A stretch of 34,562 nucleotides of DNA from Betaproteobacteria bacterium (GCA_029883965.1 JAOUIN010000002.1:1-34562), one strand, 5' to 3'. Counted from the stretch's first letter, positions 19,833 to 27,468 are shown. Program-made: numbers and translations. Notes: generated by a model not told the origin, from the sequence alone.

Positions 19833-19859
19833 GCGCCTGCCCGGGGGCCGGGCGGGCGC
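19833..19859 (+). other. GC-rich 12-bp stem-loop between carboxyltransferase 1 and the second Bug gene
   Basis: GCGCCTGCCCGG-ggg-CCGGGCGGGCGC, with one G-U pair. No U-tract follows. Confidence 0.5.
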
Positions 19860-19911
19860 AACCAGACTTCCCGCTGCCGTGCGGGCCAGCCAACCTGCAG
19901 GAGGAACAACC

Positions 19912-20871
19912 ATGATCCGTAAACTATTGCTTGTCGCACTGCTGCTGGGCCTTCCGTTGTCGGCCAGTGCCCAGGCTTATCCGACCAAACCCATACGGTT
20001 CATCGTGCCGTTTGCACCCGGCGGCAACACCGATGTGCAGGCGCGACTGATCGGCCAGAAACTGACCGAAGCGCTGGGTCAGCAGGTCATTGTCGACAAT
20101 CGTCCCGGCGCAGGCGGGACCATCGGCGTCGAGACTGCGGCGAGATCCTCACCGGACGGCTACACCATTGTCCTCGCGTCGTTCGGCAACATCCTCGTCG
20201 GGCCCAATTTGTACAAGAACCTGCCGTACGATCCGGTGAAGGACCTTGCGCCGGTGATCCTGGTGTCGGAGCCGGCCGGACTGATCGTGGTGCACCCGTC
20301 GGTGCCGGTGAAAAGTTTCAAGGAGTTTGTCGACTACGCCAAATCGAATCCCGGCAAACTCAATTACGCATCTGCCGGCAACGGCACCTGGAATCATCTT
20401 TTCGCCGAACAGCTCAAGTCCATCGCGAAGATCCAGATGGCACATGTCCCGTACAAAGGTGCCGGACCGGCGATAAACGATGTGGTCGGCGGTCACGTGC
20501 AGGTCATGTTCGCACCGTTTCCCAGCGCTCGAACCCATCTGAACAACGGACGCCTGCGGGCGCTGGCCGTGACCGGGACCAAACGTTCGCTGCTGTTCCC
20601 GGACGTGCCCACGGTCATGCAGGCGGGCCTGCCCGATTATTCGGCGGCGAGCTGGTTCGGCATACTCGCGCCGGCCGGCACACCCAAGCCGGTTATTACC
20701 CGGCTGAATCAGGAAGTAAACCGCGCCTTCTCTTCCGCCGACATCAAAGCAGCCTATGCGGCCGAAGGCCTGGAGCCGGCTGGCGGAACGCCGGAAGACA
20801 TAGCTAAATCGATTCGCGAGGGCATGGCGAAATGGGGCCGGCTGATACGCGAACTCGGCATCAAACTCTAG
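19912..20871 (+). CDS. Bug-family (TctC-like) substrate-binding protein, second copy
   Basis: ATG 19912 lies 7 nt after AGGAGG. The signal peptide is MIRKLLLVALLLGLPLSASA/QAYPTKPIRFIVPFAPGGNTD, followed by VIVDNRPGAGG. The ORF-track start at 19783 overlaps the upstream gene and is unlikely. Confidence 0.9.
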   Translation: MIRKLLLVALLLGLPLSASAQAYPTKPIRFIVPFAPGGNTDVQARLIGQKLTEALGQQVIVDNRPGAGGTIGVETAARSSPDGYTIVLASFGNILVGPNLYKNLPYDPVKDLAPVILVSEPAGLIVVHPSVPVKSFKEFVDYAKSNPGKLNYASAGNGTWNHLFAEQLKSIAKIQMAHVPYKGAGPAINDVVGGHVQVMFAPFPSARTHLNNGRLRALAVTGTKRSLLFPDVPTVMQAGLPDYSAASWFGILAPAGTPKPVITRLNQEVNRAFSSADIKAAYAAEGLEPAGGTPEDIAKSIREGMAKWGRLIRELGIKL

Positions 20872-20881
20872 GCGACACTTC

Positions 20882-22414
20882 ATGGCCTTTGAAGCCCTGA
20901 TCAGGGAACTTGACGACCGCCGGCGCAAGGCGCTGGCTATGGGTGGCGACACCAAACTGGCGGAGCGCAAAGCCCAGGGCCTGCTTAACGCGCGTGAACG
21001 CGTTGCCCGTCTGTTCGATGCAGGCTCATTCGTCGAGTCCGGGCTCCACGCAGTTTCCAGCCGTCCGGAAGACAAAGAGACGACGCCGGCCGACGGCAAG
21101 ATCGCCGGTTATGGCCGCATCGCCGGACGCGAAGCGGCCGTGGTGTCCAATGATTTCACCGTCAAGGGCGCATCGAGTGCGCAGATCAACATCAAGAAAC
21201 TGAAACACATGAAGGGGGTCGCGAAGAAGCGCGGCATCCCGCTGGTGTTTCTCGGTGAATCCACCGGTGCGCGCATGCCCGATGTGATGGGTGCCGGCTC
21301 CATTGGTTCCAAGGACGATCCGTACGAGTACCAGCGCCTGCGCGAAGTGCCGTGGGCGGCAGGCGTGCTCGGCCACTGCTACGGCTCATCGGCCTGGTAC
21401 GGCTCGATGTCGGATTTCTGCGTGATGCGCAAGGGCGCGATCATGGCGGTGTCCAGTCCGCGGCTGATTTCGATGGCCACCGGCAAGCAGGTCGACGGGG
21501 AGGCACTGGGTGGCTGGCGCGTGCACTCCGAAGTCAGCGGCATCGTCGACCAGGTGGTCGACACCGACGAGCAGGCCATAGACGCAATCAAGCAGTTCCT
21601 GTCGTACCTGCCGTCGAACAACATGGAGCCGCCGCCCGAGTATCCGGTGCCGGCGGGTTCGGATGACGCGATCCGCGATGTGATGAAGCTGATTCCGGAG
21701 TCGACCAACCAGGTGTACGACATGCGCAAGGTGATCCAGTGCATTGTCGACAGCGGCTCGATGTTCGAAATGAAATCACGTTTCGGCAAAACCGTTGTAA
21801 CCGCATTGGCTCGCCTCGACGGCAAATCGGTAGGCATCATCGCCAACAATCCGCTGTTCAAGGGCGGCGCCATCGACGCTGACGCCTGCCAGAAGGTGCA
21901 GGCGTTTTTCGTGCTGTGCGATTCGTTTAATATCCCGATTGCCCTGCTGGTGGATCAGCCGGGATTTTTGATCGGCATGGAAGGCGAGCAGAAGGGCGTC
22001 ACCGGCAAGGTCATGAACTGGCTCAACGCGATGACACTGGTCACCGTGCCGAAGATCTCGGTGATTGTGCGCAAGAGCTACGGTCTCGCTGTGACCAACA
22101 TGGGTGCCGGCGGCAATTCCGACGAGTTGGCCTGCTGGCTGACCGCGGAGATTAGCTTCATGAAGCCCGATTTCGGCGCCAAGGTCGTGTTCGGAGTCGA
22201 TCCGGAAAAGGAACCGGAAAAATTCAAGGACGCTGTGGCCAGGATGGCCAAAGGCACCTCGCCCTATGACATGGCCGCGATCTACACTGCGCAGGATGTA
22301 ATTGATCCGCGCGATACCCGCGACTGGCTGATCCGCATGCTCGACATCCATCGCATGCGGACGAGTGGCGGCGTGGGCGAGCATCTGATGCGCACCTGGC
22401 CGACGAGTTATTGA
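20882..22414 (+). CDS. carboxyltransferase-domain protein, paralog 2
   Basis: 510 aa, collinear with paralog 1 along its full length, with the same C-terminal ..WPTSY. Confidence 0.9.
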   Translation: MAFEALIRELDDRRRKALAMGGDTKLAERKAQGLLNARERVARLFDAGSFVESGLHAVSSRPEDKETTPADGKIAGYGRIAGREAAVVSNDFTVKGASSAQINIKKLKHMKGVAKKRGIPLVFLGESTGARMPDVMGAGSIGSKDDPYEYQRLREVPWAAGVLGHCYGSSAWYGSMSDFCVMRKGAIMAVSSPRLISMATGKQVDGEALGGWRVHSEVSGIVDQVVDTDEQAIDAIKQFLSYLPSNNMEPPPEYPVPAGSDDAIRDVMKLIPESTNQVYDMRKVIQCIVDSGSMFEMKSRFGKTVVTALARLDGKSVGIIANNPLFKGGAIDADACQKVQAFFVLCDSFNIPIALLVDQPGFLIGMEGEQKGVTGKVMNWLNAMTLVTVPKISVIVRKSYGLAVTNMGAGGNSDELACWLTAEISFMKPDFGAKVVFGVDPEKEPEKFKDAVARMAKGTSPYDMAAIYTAQDVIDPRDTRDWLIRMLDIHRMRTSGGVGEHLMRTWPTSY

Positions 22415-22420
22415 AAGTCT

Positions 22421-22482
22421 CTGCAAAACCGTCAGAGAAAGCCGGACGGTCTTGCAGGGCGGTTCTGTTCTTCCATTTTTTT
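22421..22482 (+). terminator. imperfect hairpin plus a distal T-run between carboxyltransferase 2 and the enolase-superfamily gene
   Basis: CTGCAAaaCCGTC (22421-22433) pairs with GACGGtcTTGCAG (22445-22457). The T7 run at 22476-22482 is separated from the stem by 18 nt, so this is not a canonical intrinsic terminator. Confidence 0.25.
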
Positions 22483-22488
22483 AAACTG

Positions 22489-23613
22489 ATGAAACCGATG
22501 AAAGCCGCCGATAGCCAACTCACCATTCGTTCCATCGAGGCGATTCCCGTCATTGTGCCGCTGCTGCACCCGATCAAGTGGGCCCGGGGGGAAATTAAAA
22601 ATATCGACAACGTGATCGTCATCGTCACGCTGTCTGACGGTACACAGGGAATCGCTGATGCACCGCCGCGGCCGACAATCTACGGTGAGACGCAGCAATC
22701 GATCATCACCATCATCCGCGATCATCTCGCACCAAAGCTGAAAGGAGTGGAGGTGTTCGACCTGACGGCGGCGTGGGCGGTGTTTGACCAGTACGCCGGC
22801 AACCCGGCGGCCAAGTCGGCGATCGACATGGCGATTTTTGACGCGCAGGCCAAACACCTCGGTATTCCATGCGCAAATCTGCTGGGCGGCACAGTGAAGG
22901 CGCTGCCGGTCAACCGCCGGCTGATGCTGGGTTCGAACAAAGAAATGCTCACCGAGGCCGAGCGCATGATCAAGCGCTACGGCTTCAGAGCATGGAAGGT
23001 CAAATGCGGCGTCGACAAAAAACGCGACATTTCTCTGCTGCGCGCATTGCGCGAACTGGTGGGCGATGATCACGAGATCACGATCGACTGCAACCAGGGG
23101 TACAGTTCGCAGGACTTGCTGGAAACTGCACCGTATTTCGAAGAAGTCAACGTGGCGCTGATCGAAGAGCCGATACCCGCACGGGACGGGTCGGGCAAGC
23201 GTTTTTGTGCTGAGCGTATGCGCGTGCCGATTTCGGGCGATGACTCGTGCATGACCCCGGATGACGTGCTTCATGAGTTAAAACTGGGCGGCATCCGTGC
23301 GTTGGTGATCAAATGTGCGCGCACCGGCTATACGCGATCGAGGCAGATCCTGGCGCTGGCACAGTCGTACTATGTGCCGGCGCACAATGGCACTCAGGCT
23401 GATATGCAGATCGGTTGCGTCGCTGCCGCGCATTTCGCCGGTACTTATCGCACACCACACGCGCATGAGTTTTCGAGTTTCATCGATGCCAGGGACCATG
23501 TGGCCAATGAAGATCCGGTGATCCGGAACGGTTTGCTCGAGCTGCCGCCGGGCCCCGGTATTGGCCTTACCCTGGATCCGCGCAAAATGAAGAAATACCG
23601 TGTGGATGCTTGA
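22489..23613 (+). CDS. enolase-superfamily enzyme, muconate-lactonizing-enzyme (MLE) subgroup-like (racemase/epimerase/cycloisomerase)
   Basis: AIDMAIFDAQAKHLGIPCANLLGG, a KxK motif (WKVKCG), metal ligands in ITIDCNQG, ALIEEPI and ISGDDS, and a second catalytic Lys in LVIKCARTG. The start is ATG 22489 or 22498. The ORF-track start at 22411 overlaps the upstream gene. Confidence 0.85.
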   Translation: MKPMKAADSQLTIRSIEAIPVIVPLLHPIKWARGEIKNIDNVIVIVTLSDGTQGIADAPPRPTIYGETQQSIITIIRDHLAPKLKGVEVFDLTAAWAVFDQYAGNPAAKSAIDMAIFDAQAKHLGIPCANLLGGTVKALPVNRRLMLGSNKEMLTEAERMIKRYGFRAWKVKCGVDKKRDISLLRALRELVGDDHEITIDCNQGYSSQDLLETAPYFEEVNVALIEEPIPARDGSGKRFCAERMRVPISGDDSCMTPDDVLHELKLGGIRALVIKCARTGYTRSRQILALAQSYYVPAHNGTQADMQIGCVAAAHFAGTYRTPHAHEFSSFIDARDHVANEDPVIRNGLLELPPGPGIGLTLDPRKMKKYRVDA

Positions 23614-23728
23614 CTTCGGAGGATGTGGCGGCTAGCTTGATTGTCGGCAACACCGGCGAGGTCTGCGCTATTCCGGTGTGATCGCTCAAATAGCTCTCAT
23701 AATTGCGGTGCGCCGCAGGATCCCGTCA

Positions 23729-24106
23729 ATGAATGTTTCGAACCCAGACCGATGCACCATCCGCGGCAGCGCCGTCGTTGCGGCGATTGCTTCTGCGATG
23801 TTGGCCGGATGCGTCGGCGCCGGCGTGGAAGAATCCGTGTTGCCGATCCGCATCGATTATCGCTGCGCCCACAACAAGGTGCTGCAGATACAACGGGCGG
23901 GGGATGCCAGTGCCGCAGCGGTGCTCATCGACAACAAGCCGGTGGTGTTGCCTCGCGCCGACAGTGCTGCGCAGGAAAAATACAGCGACGGCACGTACGC
24001 GCTGTACCTCGATGGCGAACGTGCCATGCTGGAACAAAACAGCCGTGTCATCTTCGGTCCCTGTACGGCCGGACCGCTGCCCAAGGCCGTGCGCGAGCGT
24101 TACTGA
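23729..24106 (+). CDS. MliC-domain lipoprotein (membrane-bound lysozyme-inhibitor fold)
   Basis: Lipobox AMLAGC. The pattern IDYRC..(about 40 aa)..SAAQEKYSDGTYALYLDGERAML..GPC parallels E. coli MliC (YQC...SASGARYTDG..WSKGDEA...C). ATG 23729 lies 8 nt after AGGA. Confidence 0.6.
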   Translation: MNVSNPDRCTIRGSAVVAAIASAMLAGCVGAGVEESVLPIRIDYRCAHNKVLQIQRAGDASAAAVLIDNKPVVLPRADSAAQEKYSDGTYALYLDGERAMLEQNSRVIFGPCTAGPLPKAVRERY

Positions 24107-24198
24107 CGCCTGAGCGTAGCGGTTCGCAGGGCAGGGCGCGCGGTTTGCCGATGCCGTTTTCGGGGGAATCAAACCCGGAGCACAATCCCTGTAAGTAC

Positions 24199-25296
24199 AT
24201 GATTTTTAATCATTTAATTGAATCCTTGAGAGTTTGTAGGCGCTTACATCAAAAGGTTTGGGTAGTGGCCAGCCTCTGTGTCGTGGCACTACAGGCCTAC
24301 GCTGCGACTGCCGCCGAAACGCCACCGGCCCCGTCGCAGGATCTGCGCGGCAGCGAAATCCAGGTCTTCATCGAGAACGATTCCTTCGGCAGCACTGACC
24401 AGTACTACACGAATGGCATCAAGATTGGCGGCGGTGTCCCGGCGGATAACCTGGGCGGGCTGTTTGCGCGCCCGTCCAACGTTCTGCTCGACGCCATTAC
24501 AGATGGCGCCAGCAACCACCTTGGTTTGTTTTTCGGTCAGAATATCTACACGCCGCGCGATATTTCCGTCACCGCACCACAACCCAATGACCGACCTTGG
24601 GCGGCATGGCTGTACATGGGGGCGGTCGCGCAAAGCGTCAAGGAAGAAAAGCGGCCTTCCGGAGTCATGGAAGGTCGGCTGCATACCGTGGAGTTTGATC
24701 TCGGTATGGTCGGCCCGCCCGCTCTGGGCAGGCAGGTTCAGACCGCATGGCACAAGCTGGTCGATGCGCCGGAACCCCAGGGCTGGGGCAACCAGATCCG
24801 CGCCGAACCGGGATTCATGTTGTCCTACCTGCACAAGCGACGGTACGGTGAGCGCACCGGTGTACAGCTGGTGCCGCATGCCGGCGTTACGCTGGGCACC
24901 ATCATGACGCTGGCCCGTGCCGGCGGCATCGTGCGTGCGGGCCAGAACATGACCGGTTTTGGACCCGACAGCATCGAGCCCGGCGGCGCAATGTTGAAAA
25001 ACACACGCAGGGAAAACGAGGCGAATGGCCGAAACCTGTACGAGTGGTTTGTTTTCGCCGGCGTTGACGGGCGCATTATTGGCCATAACATTTTTCTTGA
25101 CGGCTCACTGTTTCAAGACGGACCCAGCGTGCAAAGCCGCGATACGGTGTATGATTTTTCCGTGGGTTTCTCGCTGCGATGGGAGGCATTGCGCGTGTCA
25201 GTGACGCGCATCAAGCGTAGCGAGGAGTTCACCGCGCCCGTCGGCGGCGGCGGCAAGCAACGGTTCTATTCAGTGAATGTCGGCATGGAATTCTGA
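24199..25296 (+). CDS. lpxR: LpxR-family (DUF2219) outer-membrane lipid A deacylase-like protein
   Basis: Signal peptide (..VWVVASLCVVALQAYA) followed by ENDSFGSTDQYYTNGIKI, GQNIYTPRDIS, NDRPWAAWLYMG and GMVGPPALGRQVQTAWHKLV, matching the family consensus as I recall it. This is the 3' part of the 551-aa ORF-track entry. An alternative start is TTG 24226. Confidence 0.7.
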   Translation: MIFNHLIESLRVCRRLHQKVWVVASLCVVALQAYAATAAETPPAPSQDLRGSEIQVFIENDSFGSTDQYYTNGIKIGGGVPADNLGGLFARPSNVLLDAITDGASNHLGLFFGQNIYTPRDISVTAPQPNDRPWAAWLYMGAVAQSVKEEKRPSGVMEGRLHTVEFDLGMVGPPALGRQVQTAWHKLVDAPEPQGWGNQIRAEPGFMLSYLHKRRYGERTGVQLVPHAGVTLGTIMTLARAGGIVRAGQNMTGFGPDSIEPGGAMLKNTRRENEANGRNLYEWFVFAGVDGRIIGHNIFLDGSLFQDGPSVQSRDTVYDFSVGFSLRWEALRVSVTRIKRSEEFTAPVGGGGKQRFYSVNVGMEF

Positions 25297-25388
25297 TGCG
25301 CTCCGCGATGCGGCCGGAGCTACTGCCGGTACCGTGATTAACGCCGCTTGATCGGACCAAGGCGCTGTTCCGGTATTAATCTGAAATT

Positions 25389-25411
25389 TTGACGACCGGA
25401 TTGTCGACATT
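25389..25411 (+). promoter_or_regulatory. second intergenic copy of the TTGACGAC + ATTGTCGACA motif pair
   Basis: TTGACGAC is at 25389-25396. ATTGTCGACATT (25400-25411) matches the palindrome core at 18189-18200 at 11 of 12 positions. It lies 23-45 nt upstream of ATG 25434. Confidence 0.3.
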
Positions 25412-25433
25412 GCCAGGGGAGTTAGCCGTGACC

Positions 25434-25670
25434 ATGGAACTGATTCGCGATGTGCTGGGGTGGTCCGCCCTGATCAACTATGCGGTACTAATATGGTGGT
25501 TCCTGGTGTTCCGTTTTGCCCGCGACTGGATGTACGGATTTCACGGGAAATGGTTCAAATTGACACCGGAAAATTTCGACGCCATCCATTACGCCGCCAT
25601 GGCGTTCTACAAGCTGTGCATTTTTGTCTTTAATCTCGCGCCCTATCTGGCCCTGCGCATCGCAGCATGA
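25434..25670 (+). CDS. small two-TM membrane protein (resembles DUF6868-type proteins from memory)
   Basis: 78 aa: MELIRDVLGWSALINYAVLIWWFLVFRFARDWMYGFHGKWFKLTPENFDAIHYAAMAFYKLCIFVFNLAPYLAL. It has two hydrophobic helices. An alternative start is GTG 25428. Confidence 0.55.
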   Translation: MELIRDVLGWSALINYAVLIWWFLVFRFARDWMYGFHGKWFKLTPENFDAIHYAAMAFYKLCIFVFNLAPYLALRIAA

Positions 25671-25703
25671 CCTGTGGCCGGTGCCGCGATCGAGGCATGA
25701 ATC

Positions 25704-26219
25704 ATGTCGGCGTTTGACGCGTTGCTGGGCAAGGTGCGCGGCTGCACCATCTGTGCGGCGGATCTTCCGCTGGGGCCGCGGCCGGTGCTGCAGTTGCATC
25801 CGGCAGCGCGGGTATTGATCGCCGGGCAGGCGCCAGGGCGCAAGGTGCATGAATCCGGCATGCCGTTTGCAGATCCCAGCGGCGATCGTCTGCGCGAGTG
25901 GCTGGGGCTGAGTCCCGAGGTTTTCTACGATCCGCGGCGCGTGGCCATCCTGCCGATGGGATTCTGCTATCCGGGTACAGGCAAATCCGGGGATCTTCCG
26001 CCGCGCCCTGAATGCGCATCTGCGTGGCGGATGCCGTTACTGCAACGGCTGAAAAAGCTGCAGCTTACGCTGGTCATCGGACAGTACGCGCAGGCATACC
26101 ATTTGCCGCACCCGAGCCCGCGCAACAACCTGTGGCTGCGCCGCAACCCGTGGTTTGAGCGGGAACTGTTGCCGCAGTTGCGTGCCCGCGTGGCAGCGGC
26201 GTTAGAGCACACCCGCTGA
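25704..26219 (+). CDS. uracil-DNA glycosylase superfamily protein (non-Ung family)
   Basis: CTICAADLPLGPRPV, motif A LIAGQAPGRKVHESG, PMGFCYPG, and motif B PHPSPRNNLWLRRNPWF. It is 171 aa, shorter than I expect for this family. Confidence 0.8.
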   Translation: MSAFDALLGKVRGCTICAADLPLGPRPVLQLHPAARVLIAGQAPGRKVHESGMPFADPSGDRLREWLGLSPEVFYDPRRVAILPMGFCYPGTGKSGDLPPRPECASAWRMPLLQRLKKLQLTLVIGQYAQAYHLPHPSPRNNLWLRRNPWFERELLPQLRARVAAALEHTR

Positions 26220-26261
26220 TGCGCATGACGTACCGCTTTGGCCGCCGGTAGGAAAAACCCG

Positions 26262-26486
26262 ATGTCCGCCACTGTCACTCGGGCGATCACCGGATTCCAC
26301 CGGGACGAGGCCGGCGACTGAGTGGCCGAGTTGGCCTGCAGTCACTTTCAGCATGTGCGCCACGATCCGCCGTGGACCAGCCGGCCGTGGGTGATCTCGC
26401 CGGCCGGCCGGCAATCCATGCTCGGATACGGTCTGGTCTGCCACAAATGCGCCGCCGGCGCGCCGCCTGACCGCGAATCCCGGTGA
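26262..26486 (+). pseudogene. DUF3565-family gene interrupted by in-frame TGA (26319-26321)
   Basis: One frame reads MSATVTRAITGFHRDEAGD*VAELACSHFQHVRHDPPWTSRPWVISPAGRQSMLGYGLVCHKCAAGAPPDRESR. The family consensus as I recall it is ..GFHxDExGxWVAxLxCGHxQHVRHxPPWxxRPWV.., so the stop replaces the conserved Trp codon (TGG to TGA). Neither half reaches the ORF-track length cutoff. Confidence 0.6.
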
Positions 26487-26524
26487 CGCTTAGGTAAGCC
26501 CGCTGATGTGCCCGGCACTCTGCT

Positions 26525-27343
26525 TCAGCGCGCGGCACGCCGCACTTCGCCGCCGGTCATCAGCAGTACATCACCGCTGATCCAGCGCGCGCTGGGTCCG
26601 CACAAATAGCGCACCAGATCCGCGACCTCTTCCACTGTGCCCGGTCGCTTGATTGGAATCGTCGACAGGCGTTTCTCCCATTTTTCTGGGTCGCGCAGTG
26701 TGTCAATGCGCGCGGTGTCGAGAAAACCCGGTGCGATCACGTTGGCGGTGATGCCGTGACCACCGAGCTCGTCGGCGAGTGAGGACATCAGCGCATGCAT
26801 GCCGGCCTTGGAGGCAGAGTAGGCGGAAAATGTCGCCGGCGCTTTCAGCGCCGCGCCGGAGGAGATGCTGACGATGCTGCCGCCCTCGCCCTGCGCGATC
26901 ATCTGCTTTGACACGTATTTTGAGCACAGCATGGTGCCGGTCAGGTTGATGTCGATGATGGTGCGCCACAGATCGTCATCCAGATCCTGTACCGGTACGC
27001 GGTCGGCGGCGCGCGGGTAGGTTGCATTGTTGACGAGGATGTCGATGCGTCCGAGGCAGTCGACCGTTTCGCCGACCATGCGCTGAACGTCATCAGTACG
27101 GCGCACGTCAAGGTATACGCCGTGCGCGCGTCGCCCCATCGCGTGGATTTCCGCAACCATGTCTGTCAGCCCGCACCAGCCCTGCTGCAGCTCATCGGTG
27201 GTCAGGCTGGCGGAGTTGCGGCTGTGGCCTGTGACGGCGACATCGGCACCGGCCCGCGCGAGAGCGAGCGCAATTGCGCGACCCAGACCGCGTTTGCGCG
27301 TCGCGCCGGTGACCACGGCGACCTTGCCCGAGAGTTCGCTCAT
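26525..27343 (-). CDS. short-chain dehydrogenase/reductase (SDR)
   Basis: GKVAVVTGATRKRGLGRA, LVNNAT, and catalytic YSASKAG. ATG 27343 lies 7 nt after AAGGAG, whereas the ATG at 27349 abuts the SD. Confidence 0.9.
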   Translation of the reverse strand: MSELSGKVAVVTGATRKRGLGRAIALALARAGADVAVTGHSRNSASLTTDELQQGWCGLTDMVAEIHAMGRRAHGVYLDVRRTDDVQRMVGETVDCLGRIDILVNNATYPRAADRVPVQDLDDDLWRTIIDINLTGTMLCSKYVSKQMIAQGEGGSIVSISSGAALKAPATFSAYSASKAGMHALMSSLADELGGHGITANVIAPGFLDTARIDTLRDPEKWEKRLSTIPIKRPGTVEEVADLVRYLCGPSARWISGDVLLMTGGEVRRAAR

Positions 27344-27468
27344 GTACATCTCCTTGGTTGAACATCAATGGTAGGCGAGCCGTGGTCGCGCGACAACGCC
27401 ACAAGGTGTGGACGCAAGCGGATAGACTGTGCCCAAGGCGGATACAATTCACCGCGACTGGAGCGGCC

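Noticed and set aside
20089-20100. Additional exact copies of the palindrome core: ATTGTCGACAAT here, and ATTGTCGACA at 21743-21752
   Set aside because: Both lie inside coding regions, where they simply encode Ile-Val-Asp(-Asn). One is the conserved VIVDNRPG motif of Bug proteins and the other is CIVDS in CT2. They are therefore not independent evidence for operators, although an auxiliary site cannot be excluded.
23641-25296. 551-aa ORF in the six-frame track that would be the largest novel protein in the accessory region
   Set aside because: Its first 186 codons are Arg/Cys-rich with no coding-like features, and they overlap the well-supported MliC-like gene in another frame. Only the part from ATG 24199 (signal peptide plus LpxR motifs) looks real. 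Long stop-free read-through is expected in GC-rich DNA.
25348-25380. TTGATC ... TATTAAT as a promoter for the small membrane protein gene
   Set aside because: The spacer is 20-21 nt, too long for a standard sigma70 promoter. The TATTAAT may still be a -10 element, but I cannot support a full promoter call.
26319-26345. TGA in the DUF3565 gene as a selenocysteine codon
   Set aside because: The conserved residue at this column is Trp, not Cys. The only downstream structure is a 4-bp GGCC/GGCC stem starting 3 nt after the TGA, unlike a bacterial SECIS.
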